DNA from: an uncultured Planctomycetia bacterium
GTDB lineage: Bacteria; Omnitrophota; Gorgyraeia; Tantalellales; Tantalellaceae
Assembly: GCA_964572255.1 (NCBI GenBank)
Contig: CAZNEE010000003.1
Location: forward strand, 182,539-246,538
Direction of reading: 5' to 3'
DNA length: 64,000 nt
The notes beneath the pieces were generated by a model. It was not told where the DNA came from, ran no database searches, and worked only from the letters and a program-made list of their open reading frames with translations. Of the stretch, positions 63,999 to 64,000 are shown in pieces. A program made the translations under genes and the position numbers. Numbering within the stretch: the first letter of the stretch is position 1; each line of letters begins with the position of its first letter.

Positions 63999-64000
63999 GT

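Overview
About 88% of this window is two giant minus-strand genes, and each runs off one window edge. Giant-1 has its ATG at 23524 and stays open to base 2 (at least 7841 codons). The ORF track omits it because there is no stop inside the window. It has a signal-like N-terminal segment followed by about 85 tandem 72-82 aa Tyr/Thr/Asp-rich beta-type repeats. Giant-2 has its stop at 31020-31022 and is open to the right edge (at least 10992 aa, so its true start is outside the window). From N to C it carries: a ConA/DUF1080-like tail, DUF5666-like beta repeats, Ca-binding DxDxD blocks, a split C39-peptidase-like domain followed by its own double-glycine-type motif, coiled coils, a 64/65-aa helical repeat, a hydrophobic membrane cluster and an embedded near-complete SecA-like ATPase. 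Between the giants sits a plus-strand cassette of two genes. One is a TMTC-like GT-C glycosyltransferase/TPR protein. The other is a 1542-aa HEAT-repeat protein built from two internal lipoprotein-signal modules. A structured 3' region after giant-2 contains two copies of a 16-19 nt motif that is the inverted complement of the giant-1 ribosome-binding site. The overall style resembles the giant-gene loci of Omnitrophota (OP3), which is an inference and not a database result. Domain calls come from motif recognition by eye, and sub-domain boundaries are approximate.
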